A stretch of DNA of 64,000 nucleotides. Origin: Carcharhinus longimanus. Its lineage: Eukaryota. Location of the stretch: the NCBI GenBank assembly GCA_030264375.1, contig JASCQW010000162.1, positions 111,963,290 through 112,027,289 of the forward strand, written 5' to 3'. Below, piece by piece: positions 13,036-26,378 of this stretch (position 1 is the stretch's first letter; each line of letters begins with the position of its first letter). A model generated the notes under the pieces. The model saw nothing but the letters and a program-made list of their open reading frames with translations. It did no database searches and was not told the DNA's origin. The position numbers and the translations under genes were made by a program.

Positions 13036-14589
13036 AACAAGGCTGCCTTGCATTCTGATAACTACCTAGTTTGCACCAATAATTAAATGGAATACTGAAT
13101 TAAAATAAAATACCTACTTTGGAGGAATGGTTAACAAATAACTTCAGCGCTTACATTTAACAAAATTAAATGTTAGTTACCTACCTAAATTTATGTTCTA
13201 ATTAACATTGCTGCACAATGTTCTCAGAGTCTGAATCTGTGATGAAGCTGCAATGTTGTAAGTTATGTGGCTCAATTTCTATCCAATAGGAGGAAATGGG
13301 ACAAACCTGAGTGTTAACTATTATACATTTATGGTAACAATCATTGCTATCTTGGACGAATTTCATATACGATATATAAAACTTTAGTGATTTGATTTTT
13401 AAAAAATGACCAGTTGAAATTATCAATGGAAATCAATGGAAGAGTCTGAGACCTTTGAGGATAACACCTCGTTAAACTCTGTGCAAGTAGATAGGCTCTG
13501 AATGAGTTAAAATATTGCCCAAGATTTCCATCACAATGAAATGCTCTAATCAAAAGCTGCTTCATTTTTTTGAGACAGACGACCACAGATTTTATTGATG
13601 CTGTATATGCATGCATTTAATTTAATGCAGCATAATGTGCACCCTGGGAGTCAGTATGGCTTTGTAAAAGCTGATGAACTAAATTTCTTCTGTACCCTGA
13701 TGCATGGTCTTATCTATGTATTTGTGGTTTTAAAAAAAGCATAATGTACTATGGCTCAGCATTGGCTGCTTAGAAAATAATCAGTGGGTATATTGTAATG
13801 GAGCAAAAGGCACTTTTCTTTCCTGAAAGAGCACATGTAAGGCACACTTCACCTACTCTGATTGAAGTGAATTCAAAAATCCAGTACATTATAGTTCTCA
13901 GTTTCAATTTTAAAGTTTATGGCATTTCAGAAACTGGAATATATTTAAGATCAAGACCAAAATAGTTCAGTACTCTCCTAATGATTAATTAACACAACAA
14001 AAGATTATTTACTTAAAGTGTGAGTGACACCATGAGGACTCAAAAATTAAACTCTCAGTAATTATCATTAACATAAGAACATAAGAAATAGGAGCAGGAG
14101 TAGGCCATCTAGCCCTTTGAGCCTGCCCCGCCATTCACAACCATACTCACGCCCCCTACTCCCTCTATTATTGGGACATCCTCGGCCTCTTCCCTTACCT
14201 GTACCCTCTACCTTGCTATTCAATTAATATTTTGCCTTCAATTTTATGCTACTTTAATTCAAAAATATGTTGATGTGAGGGAGTAAATGTAATCTAAGTT
14301 GATGTCTCTATTTGCCCTGGCGTCAGTTTGATCCATCTCAGTAATTCATGTTAGGTAGAACCCCTGATGGTGTCAATGTTTCAAAAAGAAACTAATGGAA
14401 AGGAAGAACGTTCATTTTCATGGCTCCTAGTCACATCATTCAAAAATCTCCCAAATCACTATATACATAATAATGACTTTCTTTGAAGTGGAGTTACCAT
14501 TGTCATATGTGCAAATTTGACAATGAAGAGAATGATTGTCTTCTTTACATGGGTTGTAATCTGGCAGAATGAGTGGCCTGCCTGATACT

Positions 14590-15000
14590 TAGAAACTTTG
14601 AAACATAGAAACTAGAAGATAGAGGCAGGAAGAGGCCATTTTTCCCTTTGAGCCTGCTCTGCCATTCATTATGATCATGGCTGATCATCCAAACTCAATA
14701 ACCTAATCCTGCTTTTTTCCCATAACCTTTGACCCCATTTTCCCCAAGCGTTATATCCAGCCACCTCTTGAATACATTCAATGTTTTGGCATCAACTATT
14801 TCCTGTGGTAATGGATTCCACTGCTTCACCACTCATTGGGTGAAATGTCTTCTCAGCTCCGTCCTAAATGGCCCACCCCGAATCCTCAGACTGTGACCCC
14901 TGGTTCTGGACTCCGCCACCATATGGAATATCATCCCTGCATCTACACTGTCTAGTCCTGTTAGAATTTTATAAGTCTTGATGAGCTCCATCCTCATTTG
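14590..15000 (-). mobile_element. CR1-type LINE 3' end fragment, apparently inside an older Deu-like SINE remnant (~14400-15375)
   Basis: (CATAGAAA)n-like tail followed by GAGGCCATT...GAGCCTGCTCTGCCATTC and a CR1 ORF2 C-terminal remnant. Confidence 0.65.
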
Positions 15001-15409
15001 TCTCACTTATACCAAATTGCCTAATTTCCATTCCATTGAAACCAATGCCATGTTAGTTCAATGATTATTTATTTCACTGTTGTTTGGGATAACCAATTGC
15101 TGATGGGGTTAGCGGAAGGAGAAATTATTGTCCAAACACAAAATGAACTAATTGTTGTTGTCAGTCATATTGTAAGTTATTTGCTGTATGGGTCTGAATC
15201 ACTGGAACAACCAGAGGAGACCTCCATTTAATATATCACCATCACATAATATGTTTCAGTGCAACACTGAGACTCTGTGTCAGGCTAGATCATATGTTCA
15301 AGTTTCAGAATGTGGCATGAATCTTTGACTTTCTGCTTCTGAGATGAAGCTGCTATCAATTGAATCAAGCTGACAACAAAACTAATGGAAAGATGTAAGC
15401 AAGCAAAGC

Positions 15410-15970
15410 AATGTTAAAATTAATATTCCCATCTGCCATGCCAACCAGTGCCAGTTTGCAGCTTGTTTTCATGTTCTTGCTTTCAGACAGAGTTGACCTT
15501 TATTCTGCTATTCACACCTACTCTGAACAAATGCTTTGTTTCTATTGTGTTAAACTTACCACTTCATTTGGCTTTTGTTCCATGACATGTTTGGCATATT
15601 ATCTCACCTATGCTCTAGCCTATCCCTGACCTTTCATTTGGTTCGACCTCCTCCCTTGCCCGCACTGGGGGGGGGGGGGGGGGNNNNNNNNNNNNNNNNN
15701 NNNNNNNNNNNNNNNNNNNNNNNNNNNNNNNNNNNNNNNNNNNNNNNNNNNNNNNNNNNNNNNNNNNNNNNNNNNNNNNNNNNGCCCCCCCCCCCACCCC
15801 CCCCCCCCCCCCCCCCCCCCACTTTTTCAACAGCATCAATCCCATCACTTTTCTCCTCCCTTCAGTTCCAGAGAAGAGTCCTATTTGACTTGAAATGTTC
15901 ATTCAGTTTCTCTCTGCGTAGATGGTGCCAGATCTGTTGAGTATTTCCAGCACTTCTGTTTTTATTTAAA
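15410..15970 (+). mobile_element. Penelope-like element terminal (pLTR) fragment with a degenerate hammerhead motif; contains a gap
   Basis: GAAGAGTC-CTATTT-GACTTGAAATGTT followed by AGATGGTGCCAGATCTGTTGAGTATTTCCAGCACTTCTGTTTTT. Same family as 40108 and 46800. Confidence 0.6.
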
Positions 15971-18503
15971 ATTAATGATTTGATAGGTGTCGGTATCTGC
16001 TTAAATTTTATTTTTACAACGGACTCTTCATGGCAACACATCAAAAAAAATGATTAAAAGCGCAACCGTACCGTTTCTTGGAAATTTGCAAATGCCTTCC
16101 CTCCCAAAAATAAATCTGTTAAATATGTACCATTAAGTACATCAGTAATTTATGCGATTCATAGCCAACATTTTAGATATTACAAGGCCATATATCTGGA
16201 TTTATTCTCTATATTTTTCCAGTTGGATGACTTGGATTCAGGTTCAGACATTAAATATATAAGGTGTGAGTTTTGAGCATCTTATATTGAAGATGCTCTA
16301 AAAGTAATGTTCCTGATGTAAATGAATGCAGCAATTCTGACTACAGATTATTTAGGCAGAAATTAGAATGTTGTGTTGCCATTTGGGATTTTTTTTTCAT
16401 TTTTTTATTGTCTTTTTTTCCTTGCAAACTCTTTCTGTTGGGATTTATTTGACTTCTAATTGTGTAGCCCGGTGACTGTAGATTTGTTTTCCAAAAGTAG
16501 TTCAAATGAGATGTTATTTCTGAGATTTTCCATTTTAAGAGAAAGATTGGTTTGCCTCTTTCCTACTCAATGAGTGACGGCGTCCACTTTCACTGTTGTA
16601 ATTAGCAGCCTGCTGCAGGCTCCCGAAGAATGATTTGAATCACAAGTAGAACAAACTTGAACTAGAATCGTTGCTAGAATTAAATATAGAATCTCGATGA
16701 TAGTTCAGTGTCCATTATATGGACTAGGTTGATCTTGGGTTAACCTCTTGTTTTTAAAGGTGCAAAAAATTGTTCAGTACAGTTTCTTCATAAATTTAGT
16801 CTTACAAATTTTATTCAAACGCTTTTTAAGTCAGAAGTGATTGTGCATGTTAGTTAAATCCAATGCTATTTCTCTGTTGCAGACTACTAGCGAGTCTTCA
16901 CATTGCCTTAATTGAAGGTTTGCAGTTGAGGTTTTGAGATGATACAGGAGCCTTTAGCGCCGATTATAAACTATATCATACATTCCACTGAATATAAGAT
17001 CCAGTAAATGGATTTAGCTTCTACTCTCGGCTGCACCGCGCTCAAGCCAAAGGAAACCGCCGGGCATTCTGATTTTTAATATTAATGTGAAATATCAACC
17101 TCAACGCTATTTTTACTTGAATGTTTCTGATTGTCTTTAACAGCAGAGAGAATCAAATGTAAGTTCGTGAACACGTCCCAGGAGTACTTTTGGGACCATG
17201 AGCATTTTAAAACTCCAGGCTGGCGTTAAACGGCTCCTTGCCGACCCTCGGTATCCTGACACTGGAGTACTGGAGGTCTCTGCTTCTGTGGACTCGGTTT
17301 TGTGACCTGACTGTCGTGTTAGCTGCCCTCACGTCAGTACGCAGCCGAATTCATTTCAGATCACATAGCCTTGACAGCGCAATACCAACCTAACTGCAGG
17401 TGTCTAAGATAATAATGTGTACTCCCGGGAAAATGCATAATTATATCATTTGTACACGTACGCATATGTTGCATTTCCTATCCACATTTCCGATGGGAAA
17501 AATTAGTTCCAATACAACACAACTATTAATTTTTCCCAGCATTTCAAGATGATGTGGGAGTTCTGGACTAAGTATATTATTCTAAAAGCGATGGGCATAT
17601 CTGTACTTCTAATTTTTGGGAAGCGACTGCTTGAGTGAATTGTTAAATCAAGTATCTAAATGTTTTCACATGGGATTCGGCTTTCCATAAAGAACAACAT
17701 GAATTCAATGTCGCCTTTGGTAGTGGCATTTGCCACTTATGGGGGTTTAGTAAGGCAGACGGGGGAGTCGAATGGATGCATTTTGAAGGATGCAGGATGT
17801 TGGTGATGATAATATTGAAGAATATTTCGGTCAAAAATAATTTTTAATCAATTTGAAATATACAATACAGGCTGTCAGGCAACGGTAAATCTGGAATCCT
17901 GCCCNNNNNNNNNNACACTTACTGAATTCTAGGGTCCCATTTGAGATTTACTCTCCCAACAGTTTGAAGGTCTTTGGAAACTACTGAATTTGGGCAGGGG
18001 AAGAGTGGCAAGTTTCTCCCAGTCTTTGTCAGGCGCAGTAACTGCGAGGAAACCCAAGTGTAAGCGACTGGAGCGAGTGCGACCAGTGTTCCTCGTCCGT
18101 CAGCAGAATAAAGCTCTACCTCCGGGTGGCCTATCGATTTCACGTCATGAGTTTTAAAAAAGTTGCATTTTGTCTGATAAATGCTGCGGAAAACCAGAGT
18201 AAGGAATTAAACTGTAAATAACATTCAAAGAGAAGTGTACAAACTGACTCTAGAAATCTAACAGGCGTGCCAACTACATACAGCAAGGCTGCATTTTAAA
18301 TTCAACCCAGAGCACTTTCGGAATGGGCTTCACGATTTCAACTGCCCTTGAGAAATGGGTTTGAAATGGCGATTTAGATACAAGAATCCATGTAGGAAAG
18401 TATCAGAATTTCCACGCGTGAGGGTGTGAGGTTCTATGCGCGTTTTGTCTTCGGTGCAGTAAATGGAAGAGTTTTATTTGATACTTGTAACGCAAGGCAC
18501 CCG

Positions 18504-19016
18504 CTAAGTACAAAAGCGAATTGCTGCGGATGCTTGGAATCTGAAATAAAAATAGAAAATGTTGCAAAATCTCAGCAGAGCTCTCTCCACGGATGTTGTC
18601 AGACAGATTTTCCAGCATTTTCTGTTTTTGTTTCAGATGTCAGCATCCGCAGTTATTTGCTTTTGCACTTAGTGTTCCCAGTAGCAAATTAAACTCTTCC
18701 ATTTACTGCACCGAAGACACAACACACACAGAACTTCACATTATGCATGGAAATTCTGATACTTTCCTAGATGAACTCTTTAATCCCTTTTGAAAGGTTG
18801 GCTCTATTCTCTCTCTACAGATGCTGTCAGAGAGGCTGAGCTTTTCCAGTATTTTCTGTTTTTGACATCACTAAGTAGAGTTGGACATTCCCATTTTAGG
18901 AGGAAAATTAGGATAGGGTGCAACTTATTATCGAAGCAAATTCTGCGGATGCTGGAAATCTAAAACCAACACCGAAAATGCTGGAAATATTCAGCAGGCC
19001 AGACAGCACCTGCGGA
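18504..19016. mobile_element. Cluster of Penelope-type pLTR fragments in both orientations
   Basis: Four pieces sharing TTTTCCAGCATTTTCTGTTTTT or its reverse complement, at ~18510, ~18600, ~18800 and ~18935. Confidence 0.6.
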
Positions 19017-19257
19017 TCTGTACTTTACATTAATAATATATTTTAGTCAAGTAGAACAAGTGATGGGTGCGTTATTTGGTCGCAGGTTGAGGCATATCAG
19101 AATTCTGTCAGATTGCATTGTACAGGATGTATCGGCTCTTGTGCTGCTTATTGTGTGGGTCCTATTAGGGGATGTAAAGCGTAAAAAGTGCTCGATGCAC
19201 CTAACCATGTCCAGGCAAAACCCCAGCCACGGTGCTGACTGTAAAACAGGCTTGTAT

Positions 19258-19612
19258 GGAGAGGCGTTGGCCTAGTGGTATCATCGCTAGACTATTAATC
19301 CAGAAACTCAGCTAATGTCCGGGGACCCAGGTTCCAATCCTGCCAGGGCAGACTATTGAATTCGAAATAAAATATATCTGGAAATAAGAATCTACTGATA
19401 ATCATGAAACTATTGTCGATTGTCAGATAAATCCATCTGGTTCACTAATGTCCTTTAGGGAAGGAAATCTGCCGTCCTTAACTGGTCTGGCCTACATGTG
19501 GCTCTAGAGCCACAGCAATGTGATTGACACTCAATTGCCCTGGGGCAACTGGGGGTGGGCAATAAATGCTGGGCAGCCAGTGATGTTCATATCCCACGAG
19601 TGACTTTTTTTG
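19258..19612 (+). mobile_element. SINE family B, near full length
   Basis: tRNA-like head TGGCCTAGTGGTA...GGTTCCAATCC, core CATCTGGTTCACTAATGTCCTTTAGGGAAGGAAATCTGCCGTCC, tail GGGCAATAAATGCTGG. Confidence 0.8.
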
Positions 19613-22600
19613 AATTGCCATCGGAACTGCACTCCAACCTTGACCATTGTGTCCTGCTCCCTTTCATTCCTCTATCTTTTGCGCTTTGAAAAATCAAGCG
19701 GTATCATCAGTTTGGCCGTGTCTGCCCAAAGCAAGCAATAGTCTGGGGCTGGAAGGGCAATTCGTTAAAGATACATAGTAGCAGCAATCATTTCTAAGAA
19801 ACAGTATTGCATGCGAGTATTTATCCAATCACCCGTGAAATATGTGAATGGCGAGATTACAACTGGCTGGGTAACTGGGTACAAGCCAGTCTTTGTTTAT
19901 CACAATGTTCGTGGTTTTTAGCACTCCTCAGATTGAGAGCTGCTTGACAAAATGCCATGAAATGATGGCATATGACAATTTAAAAATAAAACTGCGGTAT
20001 CACATCTCTAAACGGTGACTCAAAATGTCTGTCAGATGTAACATGAAAACCGGCGTTTATGCGAGACCTTATTACAAGATATCACGCGTTTTATTTCTGG
20101 TTAACCAGATGTTTACAGATTTCCGGTTACAAACTTGAACATTCGCAATCAAACTCAAAATAATTAATATCTAGGATATAATGATTCATTATGCATTCAT
20201 CTCACAAGACGTGGAGAATTCCGGTTTAAATGGTGTAATATTTAAATAATAAAAATGCAATTCGCATATTAATGTATTGTTGTGCTCTCTTTGAAAATAT
20301 GTTGCGTTTATTCCGATAGAAGGAAAATCAACTTTATTTATTTTAAATGTTTTTCCCTTCTCGAGGCGACTAAGGTCTCAATGAAATACCCTGGATTATT
20401 GCAATGTCGGCAATATTATATTATTTATAGTTTTATTTAAATTCTCCACGGCCAACTTACGCGACAGACAGTTGAATTCTACAGAACTTAATGTTTTCAA
20501 ATGACACACATCAGCAGGTCGACCCGAATGAGTTGTGAAGGGACTGCATCTTGACAGTATCAAGGAATATCAAATCAATTCAAGCTTGTGGGCGGTTGAT
20601 TGTCATGTATCTTACTATCATGTACATTTCACTGAAGTGAGTTTAAATTCGAGACCCGTAGCTTCTCTGAGTGCTTGTATGGGAGCTCACATTTTTTAAA
20701 AATCTTGCTTACAAGTACATTACATTGCTTCCAATGTTATAATACTGGACGGCCTCGAATTTTAAAGCAACAATTTCGGCCCAGACTTTGCAAAGACTAA
20801 AAGGGATCCCGTGCTCCTTAGTATTTTCTGTATCACAACCGTAATAGGAGAAAGAAAATTCCACCGTTGAGACTTGAAATATCACTTCACCAAACCAGCA
20901 AGAAGGTTGAATCTTTGACGAGAAAGTTCCGGTCTATATTATCGAGATATACTGTTGTGTACCTTAACTTGATGTTAAGGTACACAACAGTGTGTCAACT
21001 TGATGTTAAGGTACAGCAATTGAAATTATTCAATAGGAGTGTGTTTTGCGGCATACTTGCTTTACCTGAGAAAGTGATATGAAGTGGGGAAGGCTAGAAA
21101 CATTAGCTGGAATGACAGTTTCAGAAGTAAACAAGCGCCTCTCCCTGAGAAGCCGTGGTTATTTTCTTAACGATGTGTTCTGAGTGTTTTTTTTGAAGGA
21201 GGGTTATGCCATTACAATCATTCTACTAAATAGTCGTAATAATTTTAGCCATTAGGCCAAATTAGGAGAAATTCTCCAATGAAATGAAAGGTTAATTGCC
21301 TATTTAACCTAATCATCCCAGTGCATTAATTTTAACATGTGTTCGCTGCGTACCAACCGATATTGCTTGGAGTCACCATTTCTTTGCCCTTCTCCATTAG
21401 TGTTCCAGTGCTGTTGTGGACCCAGGGTTTGTCTTCATAATGTGTGTTGCTTCTTGCTCCGTGTTCGTTCGATTCTACCGGGAGGTTCTCTTTCTGTTGT
21501 TTAAACTTGGGGAAATATATAATTGAATCAACTGGATCCATGTGGGCCGAATTCTGCATACAAAATCATACCTACAAAAGGTTTCTTTACATACCTAATA
21601 TTTCTCAGCGAATTTAGGTTAATATAAATAATAGGACATTGCAGCAATACTGAGAAAACACTGCTGCCAACATTTAGTTTATATAATGTTAACTATTTTA
21701 AACAACTGTCTGGGCTGTTTTGTAAGCCTGAGATATGTTGAATAACGATTTAGATTGGATTTCTCATAGTTCGACCGCGGGGACTGACGTGTCTTTAAAA
21801 TAGGCATGTTTCTCTTTAGTTGCTACGCCGAACATCCAAGTTTTTGTTTAAAAGGTTAGGAAACTGCGGTTCAGTACATTTTAAGCTGCATAGGTTCTAA
21901 AGTATATATATATGTTTAAAGAGACCGAGAGAAATGCTTATTTTGGACACGGCTTTATTGCAAAGTGTTAGGATGCTGGCATAATATTGGCCAGCTGTGT
22001 TTGATTTCAGTGGGATTGGCCAGTAGCTCATCTGATAACCATCAGATTTTAGCCTTCACAGGAGCACAGTGCTGACATTGTTATTCTGCAAATGTCAATC
22101 ACACAGACTACAGTCCTGCCTTTCCACACCTGTAAACCGCACCTTTTCACCTTTTGACTCCAGGGTTTCCTGGGCTTGCTACAAGGAAGCTTCATTTGAT
22201 ATAATTTGGGGAGGGTGGGGGGGAGGTAGTTAGCGCCTTCCTCATTTTCAGCCTNNNNNNNNNNCTTCTTTCAAATACGGCGTAATGCTTCAAGCATTAC
22301 TGGGAAGGGCTATTCCCACCTAACGTTCTGTTTCTTTTTCCCCGATCTCCGTATCCTCATTGTGTCTTCATTAAGTTCAGTGCGGATATCAAATAAAATA
22401 AAACCAACCAGCCCCCAAAATGCCGGAGTTGTGGGTGAAAGAGGTGACCGACTCAGCAAGAGTGTAAACTGGCAATGCATGAATTTGTTTCAAATGAAAT
22501 TGAAAAAAATGCTATTTTCAAATGCTGTGACTATTTCTAATGACATTGCTCTAATTAAATATTTCAATGAACCTAGATTAAATAATTATGTTGGTCCGCT

Positions 22601-23829
22601 AACAAACCCCCCCCCCCAACAACCCACCCCCCTCACCACACACACAGGCACCCCACCTCCGCCAAAGCCCAAACCTCCTGCAGACTTTCACAGCCAACGT
22701 GAATGTCATATTTTCAGCCGCAGTTGTGTGTTTTACTTTGATAAGTATTGGCCTCTCCAGCCTGATATTCATTCAACTATATGAGATATGAATTCATTGC
22801 CGCCATTCCAGTTCATTGCCTCTCTAATTCTGTGTGACTTTGCAATAACCCATACATCATGTGTACATATTCAACCTAATTTTAACAATATACTTTTCCA
22901 TTTTATAACATATCGTTTGAATTACTTAAGTAATTCAGCTTAAAGCGGCCAGAGACAATTCTGCCAACACTAAAACAGTGATCACTATTAATTTAAAACA
23001 TTTTCTAATTAAGGAAGTACTTGATATTGTTGAAATGTGATGATTTCCTTTCCAGTTCCCAGATTTCAGTTTGAGGATAGGAAAATATGTGTAATTCACG
23101 CGAATACTAGGTTAATAGAAATTGTCAGAATCAGTCTGGGCTCCTGTAGTGCAAACGGATATCTTTAGTTTTATTTGGATGTTGCTATTTAAAACGTTTT
23201 GTATTTTAATGCAGGTTGGTCCAAAGGTTATCTAGTTCCATTGGTCGGAATTGCCTTTGGAGTGAACTTTCGAGTCCGCTTTTTATCCTGTTATGTGAGC
23301 CAACTTAGTTTAGAATCCATCCGTTAACTCAGTCTGCTTTGATAACGGACATCAATATCCGGGATCTATTCTAGCTGCAAGAATAAGTGTCCCTGGGAGG
23401 AAATGAATGTGTCAGTTTTAGGATTAAGAATCCCTGACAACAGATATGCACGAAATGTTCTTTCCGCGTTTAAGCTAAACGGGGAGTTATATTTCAGGAG
23501 TAACAAATTATGGGTTGTGTAATTATGTTCATTTCTCACGCGGTTAGACAAAGAATTTAAAAAGTCGAGACACTGTTGGGTTAAAACTTTAAGTATTAAG
23601 GAAAACCGAGAGATTGTGAGACACTGAGAAAATTGTTTAATGGTTTAAATTAGTGTTGCTTTCGTTCGAAGTATGCATTGGCAGTAATCCACAAATATAC
23701 AGTGCATAAATAGATTCATAAAGTAGTCATATCTTTACATAATCCAAAATTGAATTGGCATCCTAAAACTTCAATAAGGTTAACAAAAATAGAAGAAAAC
23801 AAATATATTGGTTCTAGACAAGGCACAAG

Positions 23830-25300
23830 TAATGTAAAAAATAGAAGCGGGGCAGATCAGTCGGCCCTTCGAACTTGTTCCCCCAGTCAATATGGCTATA
23901 GCTTAACTTCTATCTCAACTCAATTTTTCTGCATTATTTCCGTCTTCCTTAATCCTCTTTGTATCCAAAATATATATTAATTTCTGGCCTGGCTATATTC
24001 AACAATTGAACATCCACAGTTCCTGGATGCCAAAGATTCGTAAGAAGAAGTCGTCCTCATCTCAGTCCTAATGACTGGTTCCTTGCTCTGTGACTATATG
24101 ACCCCTGGTTCTGAATTACCCAGCTAGGGGAAATCTCCTCCCAATATTTATCCTGTTAAATCCCTTCAGAATGTTATATTTCAATTAGATCACATTTCAT
24201 TCTTCTACTCTGTAGCTGACAAAGTCCTAATTTACTCAATCTCTGCTTATAGGACCCCCACCAATCCAGGAATCATCTGCTGATTCTTTGTTGCAATCCA
24301 TCAAACGTAATCACACCGAGGCTGTACATAATACTTAAGGCGTGGTCTCACAAAGGTCCCATATACTTGCAGGAAGACACCTTACTTTGAAAATGTCATT
24401 TGCTTCCTTCATTTGTGGTACATGCAATGTTCTGTGATTTGCTTGCTAGTAACCCAGGTCCCTCTGAATACCAGCATTTCTCAATCTCTCACCAGTTAAA
24501 ACAATTCTGCTTTTCCGTTTTCCTGCCAAAGTGGATTCCTTCACATTTCCCACACTATAATTACATCTGCCACCACCTCACCCACTCACATACTTAACTT
24601 GTCTACATCCTTTTACAACTGCTTTGTGTCCTCCTCACAGCTTCATTTCCTACTTTGTATCTTCAACAAATCTGAATACTCTTGGTGTATGTATTTGTCT
24701 AAGTCATTGGAGTGCCTTGTAAATATCCTCATAGCTCCAGATGACCATAGGCAATCCCCTTTGAAGGCGAGAGCTGACTGGTGGTGATTAAACGCGAGGG
24801 TCACCACATCTGGGGCAGGAGCAATGTTGAGAAGAGGGAGTGGTGGGGAGAATTGAATCTGCGCTGTTGGTGTCGCTTTATAATAGGAATGGGCCGCCCA
24901 GCTGACTAAGCGAAATGACATTCAACGCCCCAACCCCCGACTTCCCGTAGCTTATAAATAGTTAAGGCCTAAGCAGTGTACCCCACTAGTTCTAGCCTTA
25001 CAGCCTGAAAATGAGCCGTTTACTCTGTTTTCTGTCTGTCAACCAATCATCAATCCTTACTAATATGTTACCCCAATCCCATGAGCTCTAAGTTTGTACA
25101 ACAACCTCTTGTGTTGTATCATTTCTTTTTGAAAATCTAAATACACCAGATCCCTTATCTATCCCACTGGCTGCGGCCGTAGGACACTAACAGATTTGTC
25201 GAACACACCTTCCTTATCATAAATCTGTATTAACTTCGGTTAGCATAATATGATTTCCTGCGACCAGATCCCTAACAATAGATTCCAACACTTTTTCCTG
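23830..25300 (-). mobile_element. Old, fragmented CR1-type LINE with a small nested repeat at ~24750-24915
   Basis: Reverse CR1 3' end motifs, then decayed ORF2-like segments (TCACATTTCCCACACT, CTTTTTGAAAATCTAAATACACC). Confidence 0.6.
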
Positions 25301-26372
25301 CGGAATGATAGGTGATCTACTGGAACAACAAGCGTGCAGGAGTCCCGTATGTTTGAGTAGGTCATATCTTTATTCCATCTGATTTTTTTTATTGGCACAG
25401 ACTTTTCTTTCTGAATAATTGAGGGGGGTGGGGGCACAGGTCATGCGGCACTGGGCCACTTCAAAGCAAATCACAGACCCGTAACGGTGAAGCAGCGTCC
25501 TGCCCACAGCAACAGTTCGGTTTTGTCAGCATCCCTCTCCCACCTTACGCAGAAAAGTCAAGTTTGGGCTGAAGGCCGTTGACAATCAGTGCCTTTCAGC
25601 GAGCTTTTGTACAGAGTTGGTTACAGAGTGAGGCAGCGGCAGGGGGTTTTACTGCGCCGTTCATTCTTGTAACATAACTTCACAATACTGGCATGGTTAA
25701 ACTTTGGCTTATCCAGCAACTTGCTAGCGGTTTAACATCGAATCTGTCAGAAGGTACAGCCGTGGCTAGGTGTTCGGTTTCAATCGTGTGAAATTATCGT
25801 CCAGCAGTTAAAAAAATATATATTTTACTGTGTGACAGCTACCAAAAAAGGCCAATGTGTATTAGAAATGCAGTTAGGTGAGGATTCGATAGGAACAGAA
25901 TCATAGAACGATGATTGGAGACGGAAGCGGGAACAAAACTTGCCAGTGAATAGTTGCAGGGAAAGTAACGATTTGCAAAAACGCGTTTTAGAAAAAACGA
26001 ACACGAAACTGAAAAGAAGGCTGACTTGATAACTAGTATCTACATATGTATTTAACTCATGGTGAACGGAAGACCGTTATATGCGGAATCCAAACAGTAG
26101 GAAATTGCTTAACATTCACTGTAGGAGTGTATGCGTTGTTTATGTATGATAGTTAAAAAGTTTAGCCAATTGCATTAAACATTGTAAAACCTAGGGAAGG
26201 AATCCTGGGAGGAGTATAAATAAAGCATCGTTTTATAATATGCACCCTGAGGATTAAACTTGCACATAAAAATATCAAATCGTCTAATTATAATGATTTC
26301 GTATATATTCCAGCCCAACACGCGCGTAGGTTTTTATAATGAAAATATATAAATCCGAGGACTGACTAATCT

Positions 26373-26378
26373 TTTATT
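26373..26378 (-). terminator. Candidate BARX1 polyadenylation signal (AATAAA on minus strand); implies a ~1 kb 3' UTR
   Basis: TTTATT on + at 26373-26378 is the first canonical hexamer I saw downstream of the stop. No transcript evidence. Confidence 0.5.

Noticed and set aside
15575-15940. Poly-Gly/poly-Pro ORFs
   Set aside because: Produced by G and C homopolymers around an N gap.
20965-21018. Small tandem duplications (also ~29801-29842, ~36071-36091 and an ~83 bp diverged pair at ~63820-63970)
   Set aside because: Ordinary slippage or local duplication with no sign of function.
26068-26074. miR-7 seed match (GTCTTCC on the minus strand); mouse Barx1 is reported to be miR-7 regulated
   Set aside because: Lies beyond the candidate poly(A) signal at 26373, and a single 7-mer is weak evidence.
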